Positions 50,316 through 59,732 are shown, counted from the first letter of the stretch. The stretch: DNA of 64,000 nt from an uncultured virus (IMG/VR IMGVR_UViG_3300005618_000016) (IMGVR_UViG_3300005618_000016); one strand, 5' to 3'. Made by a program: numbers and translations. Notes: generated from the sequence alone by a model not told the origin.

Positions 50316-51416
50316 ATGCGCCTCTACGAAGTGCGGCCTGGCGATAGCCCCGCGGGCATCGCTTCTCGCCCTGACATGGCCGGCTGTCCCAAGTGTGCGA
50401 TCGATCTCATCCGCGCGAATCCGCACAAGGAGGCCGTCACGCTCCCGAACGGTTTCGTGACGTTCAAGGAACTGCGCGAGGGAGAAAAGCTCAACCTTCC
50501 GGACAAGTGGTTCAACGGCAGCTTGGACGCTCGTCCGAAGGCGTACTTCGCGGCGTTACCGCACCCTGACGGTACCTCGCCATCGAGTCTAGGACTCGCG
50601 GCAGCAGCAGGAGTGCTCGGCGACTACGCCGCTCTCGACGACGCAGTCGCCAGCGTGAACGCGCTCTCGACCATGGACGATCTCGCGTTCAGCTCGGCCG
50701 TCGAGGACGCTAGTACTCTGATCGGTAGAGCTGTGACCGAGGCAGCGAGCAGCACCAACCAGGTCGCCTCCGGTGCCGCAAAGGACGCGCAGGCGGGCGC
50801 CGTCTGGGCGATACGACGAGCTGTCGAGATGGCGTCCGCGCTCTCCTCAGGAGACCAAGCGACGGTCTACGCTGCGCGCCAGGACACGCAGAACGTGCTC
50901 TCCACGGCGCTCGACAGCGCTAGGACCGCATTGCGTGCTCTCTACGATCAACCTCAGGTGGACGTTCAGATCGGACCGGTCACCGTGGACACGTTCCCTG
51001 CGAACGTCGTGGACACGGCCAAGCGCGCCTCCTCTGCCATGGCTGCCGACGCGAACTACTGCGCGTCCGTCGCTCGCGCCGGCACCCCGGTGAACTCGAA
51101 CGTGCACGCCTTCAAGACCGCGTGGAACGCGTCGCAACCGAATCCGGTGCCGATCAACACCGGAAACTACGAGCAACCGACCGCCGATGCGCTTGCGAAG
51201 GTACTCGGGAACGCCCCATCAGCGTGCTCGACCCGAGCCGCGACTCCTGCTCCCGCTCCGATTCCTGCGCCGGTACCGGAGCGCATCGTATCCGTTCCGC
51301 AGAAGAAACCGATCAGCACTGCCGCAATCGCAGGCGCTGCCGCACTCGTTGCAGGCGCGGTCGGCGGCGTGGCTTACCTGGCCTCAAAGAGTCCGAAAAG
51401 AAAAAGGCGACGATGA
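50316..51416 (+). CDS. LysM-like membrane-anchored virion protein
   Basis: YEVRPGDSPAGIA...LIRANPHK...LREGEKLNLP; C-terminal TM and KSPKRKRR. Confidence 0.75.
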   Translation: MRLYEVRPGDSPAGIASRPDMAGCPKCAIDLIRANPHKEAVTLPNGFVTFKELREGEKLNLPDKWFNGSLDARPKAYFAALPHPDGTSPSSLGLAAAAGVLGDYAALDDAVASVNALSTMDDLAFSSAVEDASTLIGRAVTEAASSTNQVASGAAKDAQAGAVWAIRRAVEMASALSSGDQATVYAARQDTQNVLSTALDSARTALRALYDQPQVDVQIGPVTVDTFPANVVDTAKRASSAMAADANYCASVARAGTPVNSNVHAFKTAWNASQPNPVPINTGNYEQPTADALAKVLGNAPSACSTRAATPAPAPIPAPVPERIVSVPQKKPISTAAIAGAAALVAGAVGGVAYLASKSPKRKRRR

Positions 51417-52096
51417 CCCTGATCGACAAGCCGGTGGAAGGTGTGAAGACAGACGCTCGGCCTCATCCGGCTGGAGCGAAGGGTGCTCGCTTGTCGCTCA
51501 AGGAGGTCGCGGAGCGCGCGTGGAAAGCGCGCATGAGTCCGCGTCTTCGCGCGTGGGCCACGCAGGTGCTCGCCAAGGCGAACGTCTCGACCGGGAACCG
51601 TCGTCAGAAGGGGAAAGCGATCCTAGACGCGTACCGAGCGAAGGTTCCGTACATCGCCGATCCGGTGATGGGCGAGTTCATGGAGACTCCGGATCAGACG
51701 CTCTGTCTCGACGAGGGCGGACTCTGCTTCATCGGAACGGACTGCGACGGGTCCGCGATTGCGCTCGCTGCGGCGATGATGTCGATCGGGATCCCCGCGA
51801 TGATCGTCGGCAGCTCGCACAAGAATCCGTCTGACACTCCGACGCACGTGTTCATGGCGTTCGAGGACGACGACGGATCGTGGGTACGCATGGACGGAAC
51901 GACGAAGCACGAAGTTGGCTCCGCGCCTCCGCGCAAGCGCGAGTGGTGGGTCGAGCCCGGCGCGGAAGCGAAGGAGCGCGGTGAGGGAGACTTCGTCGGA
52001 ATGAGCGGAACGAACTCGTTCCTCGGGAACAGCTCCCCCAAAGAACGTCACCCGTCCATTTCACTGCTCGATCTGCGCTATCCCACGATCCGATAG
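51413..52096 (+). CDS. transglutaminase-like cysteine protease
   Basis: Cys-His-Asp triad: TDCDGSAIALAA..MSIG, THVF, WVRMDGT. Confidence 0.8.
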   Translation: MTLIDKPVEGVKTDARPHPAGAKGARLSLKEVAERAWKARMSPRLRAWATQVLAKANVSTGNRRQKGKAILDAYRAKVPYIADPVMGEFMETPDQTLCLDEGGLCFIGTDCDGSAIALAAAMMSIGIPAMIVGSSHKNPSDTPTHVFMAFEDDDGSWVRMDGTTKHEVGSAPPRKREWWVEPGAEAKERGEGDFVGMSGTNSFLGNSSPKERHPSISLLDLRYPTIR

Positions 52097-52344
52097 TGAT
52101 CCTGAAGTGATCCACTGAGATCACTTCTGTGTTCCTTATCTAGATCGTCGCGAGACACGTAGAAGGCCGTTTGGAACGGCACGTGTGATCCGCGTAACCG
52201 CACGGTTTGGTTGCCGTTTTCGCGCACGTGTGGATCTGGTGACGCACTCGACTTTCTCGTAACCACTGCTGTCGTGCGAAGCAAGTGCGCACGCTCGTAT
52301 TGACTCATCGAATTCGTATTGCGAGCCTGTTCAGGCACCGTGAC

Positions 52345-53991
52345 ATGGGCCTTTACGACGATCGACTTGCCGATCTCAGCGAAAAGCGGAGAAGCCGTAG
52401 CGTCGCGTCTCGGGGAAACCCGATGCTTCGCTCGGCAGGCAAAACTCGCTCGGGCTCAATGTCCGTCCAATCGCTGCTCTTCGATCGCAGCGCTGGCTGG
52501 ACGGAGAGCAGAGCCAAAGCGTGGGCGCAGTCGCACGGGTACAAGCACGGCAAGGCGGACGTCACCGACCGGTACGTTCGTCTTCGGCAGTCCGATCCAA
52601 AAGGGTTCGACGTAAAGAGGACCGTTCCATTCGGCCGCGGAATTCGAGCGGTCGTTGCACGCGAGGAAAGCAAAAGCATGGCCACCACCCGAAAGTCCAC
52701 CCGTCGCCGTCCCCGCCGCTCTTCCAAGAAGAAGACGGCGCGCAAGAGCCCTCGTCGTCGTGCTCGTCGAGTGTCCGCCGTCGCGGCACCCCGCCGTCGT
52801 CGGCGTCGGCCAGTGCGGGCGGCAGCTCCCAAGCGCGCGCGTCGCTCGTCGATGGTGATGGAGGCCCCGCGCAAGCGGCGGCGCCGGAGTCGGCGTCGCA
52901 CGACGGCGCGCGAGGCGTGGCGCGGCGACTCCCAGGGGCACGCGAAGGCGGCCCGGAAGGGGTGGCGCCGGAAGAAGAAGAGCGTCAAGCGTCACGGTCG
53001 GCGTCGTGCGCGCGAGTCCACCGTGATGGAGGCTCCGCGTCGCCATCGTCGGCGTCGCTCGAGTCGTCGGGTGCGTGAGACTTCGGTGGCCGCGCCGCGC
53101 AGGAGTCGTCATCGCCGTCACGCCCGGCGACATCACCGCATGCACGCGCCCTCGCGGCGCCGCGGTGGAATGGGCATCGGCATGTTCGCCGTCGCCGTCA
53201 CCTCGGGCGGGTTCGGCTTCATCGCCACCGACCTCATCGATCGTCTGCTCGCGACGTACGACCCGTCGGCGTCCGAGAAGCCGAAGGACCGATTCACGAG
53301 CGACGGCGCCGGCACGCTCGCGAACGTGCTCAACGTGGGCTCGCGTCCGACCCTCATCCGGGCCGGAGCAGGCGTGGGCATGACGGCGCTTCCCGCCATC
53401 GGGTCCATGTTCGTCGACAACCCCTACGGCAAGGCGGTGCTCCAGGGCACTGCATTCGGCGCAGGCGTGTCGACCCTGAACATGCTCTGGAAGACGCTCG
53501 TCATGCCGATGCTCGTCGGCAAGGACACGAGCGTTCCGACCCTCCAGAAGTCGTACATCGCGCGGCTCTACCCCGCCGAGGTGGCAGCGAAGATCAACCG
53601 TACGCAGAACCAGACTTCCGTCTCGAGCGCAGGCTCTGGCGCGCTGTCGGGTTCTCAGGACGTGGGTCCGTTCGCGCTCGCGGACTCTTCGCCGTATCCG
53701 TCCGCGGCCGATGCGCTTCGGCATCAGGCGGGAGTTCACGGTGACAGTCCGTACCCGAGCGCCTCGCAAGCGATCGGAACGCACGGCGACTCGCCGTACC
53801 CGAGCGCGAATCAGGCGCTCCGTTCGCAGGCCGGCATGGGTTACAACCCGGGCCCGCCCGACGGCCCCGGTCCGGGTCCCCAGGCCGAGCCGCACAAGGA
53901 CGCAGCGTGCAGCTCTTGCCTCGGTGATCCGACGATGCGGTTCTCGGCGTTCCTCGGAGACTCGTCCTCGGACGAATCGGCGACGCGCTGA
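52345..53991 (+). CDS. putative core protein: Tlr6F-like domain + protamine-like Arg-rich region + membrane helices + DSPYPSA repeats
   Basis: VQSLLFDRSAGWTESRAKAWAQSHGYK...YVRLRQ; about 165 aa rich in R/K/H; possible internal start at 52678. Confidence 0.75.
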   Translation: MGLYDDRLADLSEKRRSRSVASRGNPMLRSAGKTRSGSMSVQSLLFDRSAGWTESRAKAWAQSHGYKHGKADVTDRYVRLRQSDPKGFDVKRTVPFGRGIRAVVAREESKSMATTRKSTRRRPRRSSKKKTARKSPRRRARRVSAVAAPRRRRRRPVRAAAPKRARRSSMVMEAPRKRRRRSRRRTTAREAWRGDSQGHAKAARKGWRRKKKSVKRHGRRRARESTVMEAPRRHRRRRSSRRVRETSVAAPRRSRHRRHARRHHRMHAPSRRRGGMGIGMFAVAVTSGGFGFIATDLIDRLLATYDPSASEKPKDRFTSDGAGTLANVLNVGSRPTLIRAGAGVGMTALPAIGSMFVDNPYGKAVLQGTAFGAGVSTLNMLWKTLVMPMLVGKDTSVPTLQKSYIARLYPAEVAAKINRTQNQTSVSSAGSGALSGSQDVGPFALADSSPYPSAADALRHQAGVHGDSPYPSASQAIGTHGDSPYPSANQALRSQAGMGYNPGPPDGPGPGPQAEPHKDAACSSCLGDPTMRFSAFLGDSSSDESATR

Positions 53992-54108
53992 CCTCGACCT
54001 GAACCCACATCTCGCCCCGGTAGGACCGAAAGGAGCCCCGGGGCCGAGGTGTCAGAAGAACAAATCCTCGCGGCGGACAACCGGAACGGCGAGGTACGGA
54101 GAAACGAA

Positions 54109-55434
54109 ATGGCCAAGCAGCAGAATCAGAGCAAGAAGAGCCCCAAGGCGATCATCGGTCGCCAGATCCACACCTTCCAGCGCGAGAAGGGGCTTCCCCA
54201 GAAGGCGAAGTTCGGTCTCGGTCAGCCCGCGCCGAAGCTCGACGAGGTTGGACTCGGCAGTCCCGAGGCTAAGGTCGGTCTCGCCGCCGCCGAGAAGTGC
54301 ATTCGTTGCAGCTTCGGCAACGTCCCCGTGATCGAGGAGGTCGTGTGGACGATCCCGCTCCCGCTCACGGCGGAAGAGGCGCTCTCGACCCTCGGCGACA
54401 CGGTGAACCTGCTCTCGGGCAGCTCCAGCGTGCCGGGCGTGGCGTCGATCGACTCCACGTTCCTCATCAACGGCATCCTCCAGACGGACATCCTCGCGCA
54501 GGGCGTGGGCGTGCACGTGTTCTGCGAGCCGATGTCGTTCTCGACGATCGGCAACGCGTTCAGCGCGCCGGACACGACTGTGGCTCCGCCTCCGTCGCCG
54601 GACGTGTTCACGTCGAACGATCTCGACAACGGTGCGTTCCCCGCATCCGTCGAGACGGACGGGTCGAACTTCGGTCCGGCCGTGTTCGAGTTCGGCAACC
54701 CGGTCTGGCGCGCGGGCTGGAACTTCATCAACGCGTACCAGTTCCAGTGGCGCACGTCGCAGCGCGAACTCGTGCTGAACGAGCTCGCGGCGGACGTCTC
54801 GTACTTCGGCTCCTTCGCGGACGCCGAGGCGGCGGGCACGAGCGAGGTCGCCATCATCGAGTACGTGGCTGCGGTCAACGCGACGTACCGCTCGAAGGGC
54901 AGCGCGACGATCTTCCTCCCCGTCAACTTCCGGCGGGTGGGCAGCGTCAACACGACGCCCGGCGACGCGACGACGAACACGGGCGTGTTCCACCCGACGC
55001 GCGACTTCGATCTCGCGCCGGTCACGTGGGGCGGCATGCGATTCCAGGGCTACGGCTGCCGAGGCCAGATGTACCGGCCGATCGAGAGCCCGTGCTTCCT
55101 CGAGCGCGGCATCCCCATCGGCATGCTGTTCCAGGTGCAGGACGCCGTGCACCAGGCGCAGATGCTCGAAGCGGTCACGATCAACAACGAGCCGCTCGGC
55201 ATCAACGTCAGCCCGGACGAGAACCTGTCCGACACGACGGCCACCGGCGCGGCCGTCATGCTGGAGCAGACGCTCGACGCGACGCCAGCCAACGTCCCCC
55301 AGCAGACCAACGTCTCCCGTCAGGTCTTCAAGGGCGGCATTCTCAAGCTCGCGATCAAGATCAAGGGCTGGGAGATGCCCGGCGGCTGGAAGGCGTTCTG
55401 CGCGGACTCGGGTCTCATCCCGAAGGCCGGCTGA
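54109..55434 (+). CDS. putative major capsid protein (jelly-roll candidate)
   Basis: 441 aa, beta-rich, near-exclusive C/G third positions, structured 5' UTR, terminator downstream; fold not verified. Confidence 0.6.
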   Translation: MAKQQNQSKKSPKAIIGRQIHTFQREKGLPQKAKFGLGQPAPKLDEVGLGSPEAKVGLAAAEKCIRCSFGNVPVIEEVVWTIPLPLTAEEALSTLGDTVNLLSGSSSVPGVASIDSTFLINGILQTDILAQGVGVHVFCEPMSFSTIGNAFSAPDTTVAPPPSPDVFTSNDLDNGAFPASVETDGSNFGPAVFEFGNPVWRAGWNFINAYQFQWRTSQRELVLNELAADVSYFGSFADAEAAGTSEVAIIEYVAAVNATYRSKGSATIFLPVNFRRVGSVNTTPGDATTNTGVFHPTRDFDLAPVTWGGMRFQGYGCRGQMYRPIESPCFLERGIPIGMLFQVQDAVHQAQMLEAVTINNEPLGINVSPDENLSDTTATGAAVMLEQTLDATPANVPQQTNVSRQVFKGGILKLAIKIKGWEMPGGWKAFCADSGLIPKAG

Positions 55435-55453
55435 TCCCCAGACCGAGTAGCCC

Positions 55454-55498
55454 ACGGGCGGCGCGACCGAACTGCGTCGCGTCGCCCGTAGTCTTTTT
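55454..55498 (+). terminator. intrinsic terminator after the capsid candidate
   Basis: acgggcggcgcgac/gtcgcgtcgcccgt stem followed by tcttttt. Confidence 0.7.
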
Positions 55499-55525
55499 CA
55501 GGGACCGCGAAGGAGACCATTCGAG

Positions 55526-56134
55526 ATGACCCAGCCGAGAGACGATCAAATCCGCAACCTCGCTCTGTACGCGCCGAAGATCGCGTTCGGGATGGTCGCA
55601 GGCGTGCCCCGCGTTCCGTTCGTCGATGAGATCCCGGTTCAGTTTTCGTCCTCGACGGTGAACGCGCCGCCGGTGGTGAACAACTTCCAGAACAACCTGT
55701 CGCAGGACACGTTGATCGAGCGCATCTCGTTCAACCTGTTCCAGCAGAACAGCTTTCCGGGCTCTCCGTTCCAGAGCACCTACTTCAACCAGCTCAAGCA
55801 GAGCGGCGCAACCGGCATCGGCGTGCAGCTTCAGGTGTACGGCGGTCCCAAGTACATCGTCTCGAACACCTTCGTCGATCTCGGCAACCTCGCCGACGTG
55901 CTCGCTGTGACGTGGCCGGCAGGATGGCCGCTCGCGAAGCAGAGCAACGTGAAGGTGAGCGCGATCCTCACGGAGACTCCCGTGAGCGTCCCGTACAACG
56001 CCACTCTCACGTTCCTCGGGTGGCAGTTCCTCGACAAGACGCTCGACGATCTCAGCGACGACGATTGCCGCGACCGCCTTCGGTCTCTCGGCATCGAAAC
56101 TCCCGATATCAAGAAGCTTCTGCTCCCGAAGTGA
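55526..56134 (+). CDS. putative small capsid protein (single jelly-roll candidate)
   Basis: 202 aa beta-rich; AAGGAG SD; ends in a TLTFLGWQF strand echoing IKIKGWEM in the capsid candidate. Confidence 0.5.
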   Translation: MTQPRDDQIRNLALYAPKIAFGMVAGVPRVPFVDEIPVQFSSSTVNAPPVVNNFQNNLSQDTLIERISFNLFQQNSFPGSPFQSTYFNQLKQSGATGIGVQLQVYGGPKYIVSNTFVDLGNLADVLAVTWPAGWPLAKQSNVKVSAILTETPVSVPYNATLTFLGWQFLDKTLDDLSDDDCRDRLRSLGIETPDIKKLLLPK

Positions 56135-56136
56135 AC

Positions 56137-57039
56137 ATGAGCGTCCGAGTCGACAATCTGATCCGCTTGCAGACGCACCCCAACGGTGCGCTCGGTGAGC
56201 TGCGATCCGTTCTCGATGACGGGCGCTACGAGATCGTCACCAACGGACCGAACCCGGAGTTTTCGTTCATCGGGAGCGACCCGTACAACACGAACGCCGG
56301 AACAGGGCTCATCGTTCCGACGACTCCATCGAGCGAGATCGACGATGCGCGGTATCTGTTCGTGCTCGCGCGCGCGAGTTTCGGGGTCGGAGAACAGAGC
56401 TCCGAGTACCGCGGGGTGCGACTCGTCGGAATTCGACAGTACGCGGAGCTCATCGCCCGAATTCCGCCCGGCACCCCGCCGCTTCCGAGTGAAGGAGGAC
56501 CGTCGGGTATCACCGTCTTCCGCAAGGAGATCGTGAGCCCGCTCTGGCACCCACCGGACGGGGACATCTCCTGGCACGTGATGATCATCAACAGGGTGCA
56601 GCGCGACAAGAGGAACCCGTTGAACTCGGACGGGCTCATGTTCCAGGACTCGCTCAGCCCGGCGATGCTCTACCAGACGATCGCGGGATCTTCGATTTCG
56701 CCCACCGCCTACACCGCGCCGAACGGCGGGCGTCCGTGGGGAAAGCCGCTCGCGGCGAGCCTCGGCAACATCCACGAGATGCGGTACCCGTGGCGCATGT
56801 TCAACGGGGAGTACGCGCTCGACATCCCGATCCCGGTTCCTTCCGACGTCGTGCTGTTCGCGAGCGTTCGACAGAACGATCCCGACACGAACCCGACGCT
56901 CGACACCACCGACTGCGCGTTCTTCTCGGCACTCTCCGAGGAGGATCGGTTCATGGTCGCCTACCACGAGTTCGCGCAGTACGGCGCCATCGCGGGGGCA
57001 CTCACGTTCGAGGAGAACCTCGGTAAGGAAGTCCCATGA
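56137..57039 (+). CDS. putative capsid/penton protein
   Basis: 300 aa beta-rich; third gene of the capsid cluster. Confidence 0.45.
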   Translation: MSVRVDNLIRLQTHPNGALGELRSVLDDGRYEIVTNGPNPEFSFIGSDPYNTNAGTGLIVPTTPSSEIDDARYLFVLARASFGVGEQSSEYRGVRLVGIRQYAELIARIPPGTPPLPSEGGPSGITVFRKEIVSPLWHPPDGDISWHVMIINRVQRDKRNPLNSDGLMFQDSLSPAMLYQTIAGSSISPTAYTAPNGGRPWGKPLAASLGNIHEMRYPWRMFNGEYALDIPIPVPSDVVLFASVRQNDPDTNPTLDTTDCAFFSALSEEDRFMVAYHEFAQYGAIAGALTFEENLGKEVP

Positions 57040-57296
57040 GCCGTTTGGGGATCGTGGCGAGCAGTATCCTGGGGTTCGGTATCGGTGGTGTCGTCGGAGG
57101 CTTCGCCGGTAGAGAACTCGAGAAGCAAATTGGATCCCGTGCGGCGCTGTCTCAAGACGAAGCGACGCTCGGTGGCGGTGTCATCGGAGCGGCGATCGGA
57201 TCTGCACTCTTCGCGGCGTTCGCTGCGACTCCCGACGCACCCACGAAGACGGGCGTCGGTGATCTACCGCGCGTCTCGCACCCGAGGTTTCCATGA
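57036..57296 (+). CDS. glycine-zipper membrane protein
   Basis: two GxxxG TM helices; GVGD motif. Confidence 0.65.
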   Translation: MSRLGIVASSILGFGIGGVVGGFAGRELEKQIGSRAALSQDEATLGGGVIGAAIGSALFAAFAATPDAPTKTGVGDLPRVSHPRFP

Positions 57297-58006
57297 CCAC
57301 CCCCGCACAAGTCACCGGTCACCCCGACTTCATCACGGACGTTCCGGTTCAGGGCCCGACTGATCAAGGACTCCGTGAAGCGGATTGCAGGTGGGCGCGT
57401 GATCGCTCGCTTCACAATCCGTCGTGCGTCGACTGCACGGGCACGGTTCCGGCGTGGGCACGGAGCAAGGGACTTCTAGCAGGAGCACCGACAATGATCG
57501 CAGAAAGAATTTCTCTGGGAGGCGCCACGCGCCGAGGTTTCTCGCTCGGCGCCGCGGGAGATCCCGACATCTGGTCGTCTCTCTCGAACGCGCAGCAGAC
57601 GTGGGTCGGCGCGACGCTCTCCAAGTTGAACGATCTGATCGTCAAGCAGACCGGAACGACGTGTCCGCAGTGGGCCCCCACGATCCACCAGGCCGGGTTC
57701 TGCTTCCAGGGCTGGTTCAACAGGCAGAACTTCGGAATGACGAAGGCCGACGGATCTCCGGTCGTGCTTCGTACCGACGGCGCCTTCGATCAGGACACGC
57801 TCGACGCGCTTCGCACCGTCGTCGCGCTGAACCAGAAGGACTTCCCGACGCCGTATCCCGGTACGTCGCTTCCGGGCGAGACCGGAACGGGCGAGAAGAA
57901 GCTCTCCACCGGAGCGATGGTCGGAATCGCAGCCGCGGGTGCCGCGACCCTCGGCGGGGTCATCTACGCCCTCACCAGCGGGAAGAAGAAGTCAAGGAGA
58001 CGCTGA
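57293..58006 (+). CDS. membrane-anchored protein with a peptidoglycan-binding-like motif
   Basis: LRTDGAFDQDTLDAL; KKLSTG-TM-GKKKSRRR. Confidence 0.65.
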   Translation: MTTPAQVTGHPDFITDVPVQGPTDQGLREADCRWARDRSLHNPSCVDCTGTVPAWARSKGLLAGAPTMIAERISLGGATRRGFSLGAAGDPDIWSSLSNAQQTWVGATLSKLNDLIVKQTGTTCPQWAPTIHQAGFCFQGWFNRQNFGMTKADGSPVVLRTDGAFDQDTLDALRTVVALNQKDFPTPYPGTSLPGETGTGEKKLSTGAMVGIAAAGAATLGGVIYALTSGKKKSRRR

Positions 58007-59454
58007 TGAACAGCTACAAGATCCAGCCGGGTGACAGCCCGGCCCTCATCGCGCGCGCCTTCGGCGTGCCGTTCGACAAGCTCATCGCGGCGAACCCCCA
58101 CAAGCCGACCACGGTCGTCGCGGGGCGCCGCACCTGGAGCGGTGTGATCCCCGGAGAGAAGGTTCGCGTACCGGTCGGCGTCGGCGACGCTGTGGCGGAT
58201 GCGATCAACGCGCTCGTCGCAGCGGGCGGCCCATGCCTTCAGGCGAACGTCTCGCTCGTCTGCAACGCGCAGCGTGCGCTCGGCGTCACTGTCGACGGAA
58301 AGTGGGGCAGCGGATCTTCGACCGCGGCTCGCGCTCGAGTCTCGAGCGCGCCTGCTGCGTGCTCTCCGCGCCCGGCATGGTGGGCTCCCGTCGGACAGAG
58401 CAACTGCCCGACCGCGGCGGCAGCGCCCGCGCCCGCTCCGTCGGTCTCGGTTGCAACGGTTCCTCCGGCCGTGCAGGCGCTCGTCGGAATTGATCTGTGC
58501 AACCCCGCAAACGTTGCGATCGTTTGCGCCGCTCAGAAAGCGCTCGGCGTCACCGTAGACGGGAAGTACGGAAGCGACACCGCGAACGCGGCGTACCGCC
58601 GAAATCCGAACGTGCCGAAGGCGTGTAGCCCTCGTCCTCTGTGGTGGGCGCCTGCCGGCAAGAGCAACTGCGGTGGCGTGACGACCGCAACGTCGACTCC
58701 GGCGGCACCTCCGCCTCCCCCGCCGTCCGGGCCCATCCCGGCAACGACCGTCGCTCCGTCGACGTCTTCGGCTCCGGCCGCGGTGCAAGCGCTCCTCACG
58801 ATCAACCCCTGCGCGCAGTCGAGTGCGCCCGCAGTTGCCGCTGCACAGCGCGCGCTCGGGGTCATGATCGACGGCAAGTACGGGAACGACACCGCCACCG
58901 CCGCACGACGCGTTCTCCCGAGCGCGCCGGCAGGTTGCAGCCCGAGACCGACGTGGTGGGCCCCCGCGGGGCAGACCAACGTCGTGCCCACGACGAAGAC
59001 CCAGTCGGCGAACCAGGCCGCTGCCGCTGCGCAGACGGCGACGCAGGCGGCCCAGGAGGCTCAATCCAAGGCGGCGGCGGCGCCCGGAGACACGCAGGCG
59101 GCAGCGGCGGCACAGGCCGCGACGCAGGCGGCCCAGACCGCTCAGACGGCGGCTCAGGCGGCCCAGACGGCCTCCTCGACGGATGCGGCTGCAGCGGCAG
59201 CTCAGACGGCGGCAGCGGCGGCGCAGACGGCACAGAACGCGGCCCAGGGCGGCCTCGTGGCTCCCGAGCAGAAGAAGCTCTCCACCGGGGCAATCGTCGT
59301 CGGAGCGGTGGGGGCTGCGGCCCTCGTCGGCCTCGTCGCCTTCGCCGTATCGGGCAAGAAGAAGGGCGGTACTCGGTCTCACGGGCACAGCTCGCGGCGC
59401 CCGACGCATCACCCGAAGAAGCGGAAGCCCGCGCACAAGAAGAAGAGGAAGTGA
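58006..59454 (+). CDS. LysM + three Cys-rich peptidoglycan-binding repeats + Ala/Gln stalk + TM anchor
   Basis: YKIQPGDSP; AQ(R/K)ALGV..DGK(W/Y)G...CSPRP.WWAP x3; KKLSTG-TM-basic tail. Confidence 0.8.
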   Translation: MNSYKIQPGDSPALIARAFGVPFDKLIAANPHKPTTVVAGRRTWSGVIPGEKVRVPVGVGDAVADAINALVAAGGPCLQANVSLVCNAQRALGVTVDGKWGSGSSTAARARVSSAPAACSPRPAWWAPVGQSNCPTAAAAPAPAPSVSVATVPPAVQALVGIDLCNPANVAIVCAAQKALGVTVDGKYGSDTANAAYRRNPNVPKACSPRPLWWAPAGKSNCGGVTTATSTPAAPPPPPPSGPIPATTVAPSTSSAPAAVQALLTINPCAQSSAPAVAAAQRALGVMIDGKYGNDTATAARRVLPSAPAGCSPRPTWWAPAGQTNVVPTTKTQSANQAAAAAQTATQAAQEAQSKAAAAPGDTQAAAAAQAATQAAQTAQTAAQAAQTASSTDAAAAAAQTAAAAAQTAQNAAQGGLVAPEQKKLSTGAIVVGAVGAAALVGLVAFAVSGKKKGGTRSHGHSSRRPTHHPKKRKPAHKKKRK

Positions 59455-59732
59455 TGGGCATCCGCGTCGCAATCGACAAGGCCACGCTCAAGCTCCACCG
59501 GGCTTGCCGCGCCGCCTACACTTCCCCGGAGTGGAACGAAGCGGAGCAAGCGCTCATCTACGAGGACTGGGACGCGACCGTGAAGCGCCACCTCGCGATG
59601 GGATTCGACAAGGACGGGATCCACATCGGGCTGTACCGCCTCGAGTGGTTCGTCAACCACGGCCTCGTGCCGATGACTCGAGAAGAGCTGAACGCGCTCA
59701 AGAAGGCGCACGGAGGATCGGACAATGGGTGA
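59454..59732 (+). CDS. hypothetical protein
   Basis: coupled ORF. Confidence 0.55.
   Translation: MGIRVAIDKATLKLHRACRAAYTSPEWNEAEQALIYEDWDATVKRHLAMGFDKDGIHIGLYRLEWFVNHGLVPMTREELNALKKAHGGSDNG

Noticed and set aside
53680..53830. Tandem repeats resembling a mini CRISPR array
   Set aside because: They are in-frame coding repeats (DSPYPSA) with synonymous variation.
52456..55529. Long antisense and alternative-frame ORFs over the core and capsid genes
   Set aside because: Expected from strong GC3 bias; they have no recognisable motifs.
57964..59732. Long overlapping ORFs (502 aa on minus, upstream part of 363 aa on plus)
   Set aside because: Shadows of the Ala-rich repeat gene; only 59454-59732 looks like a real gene.
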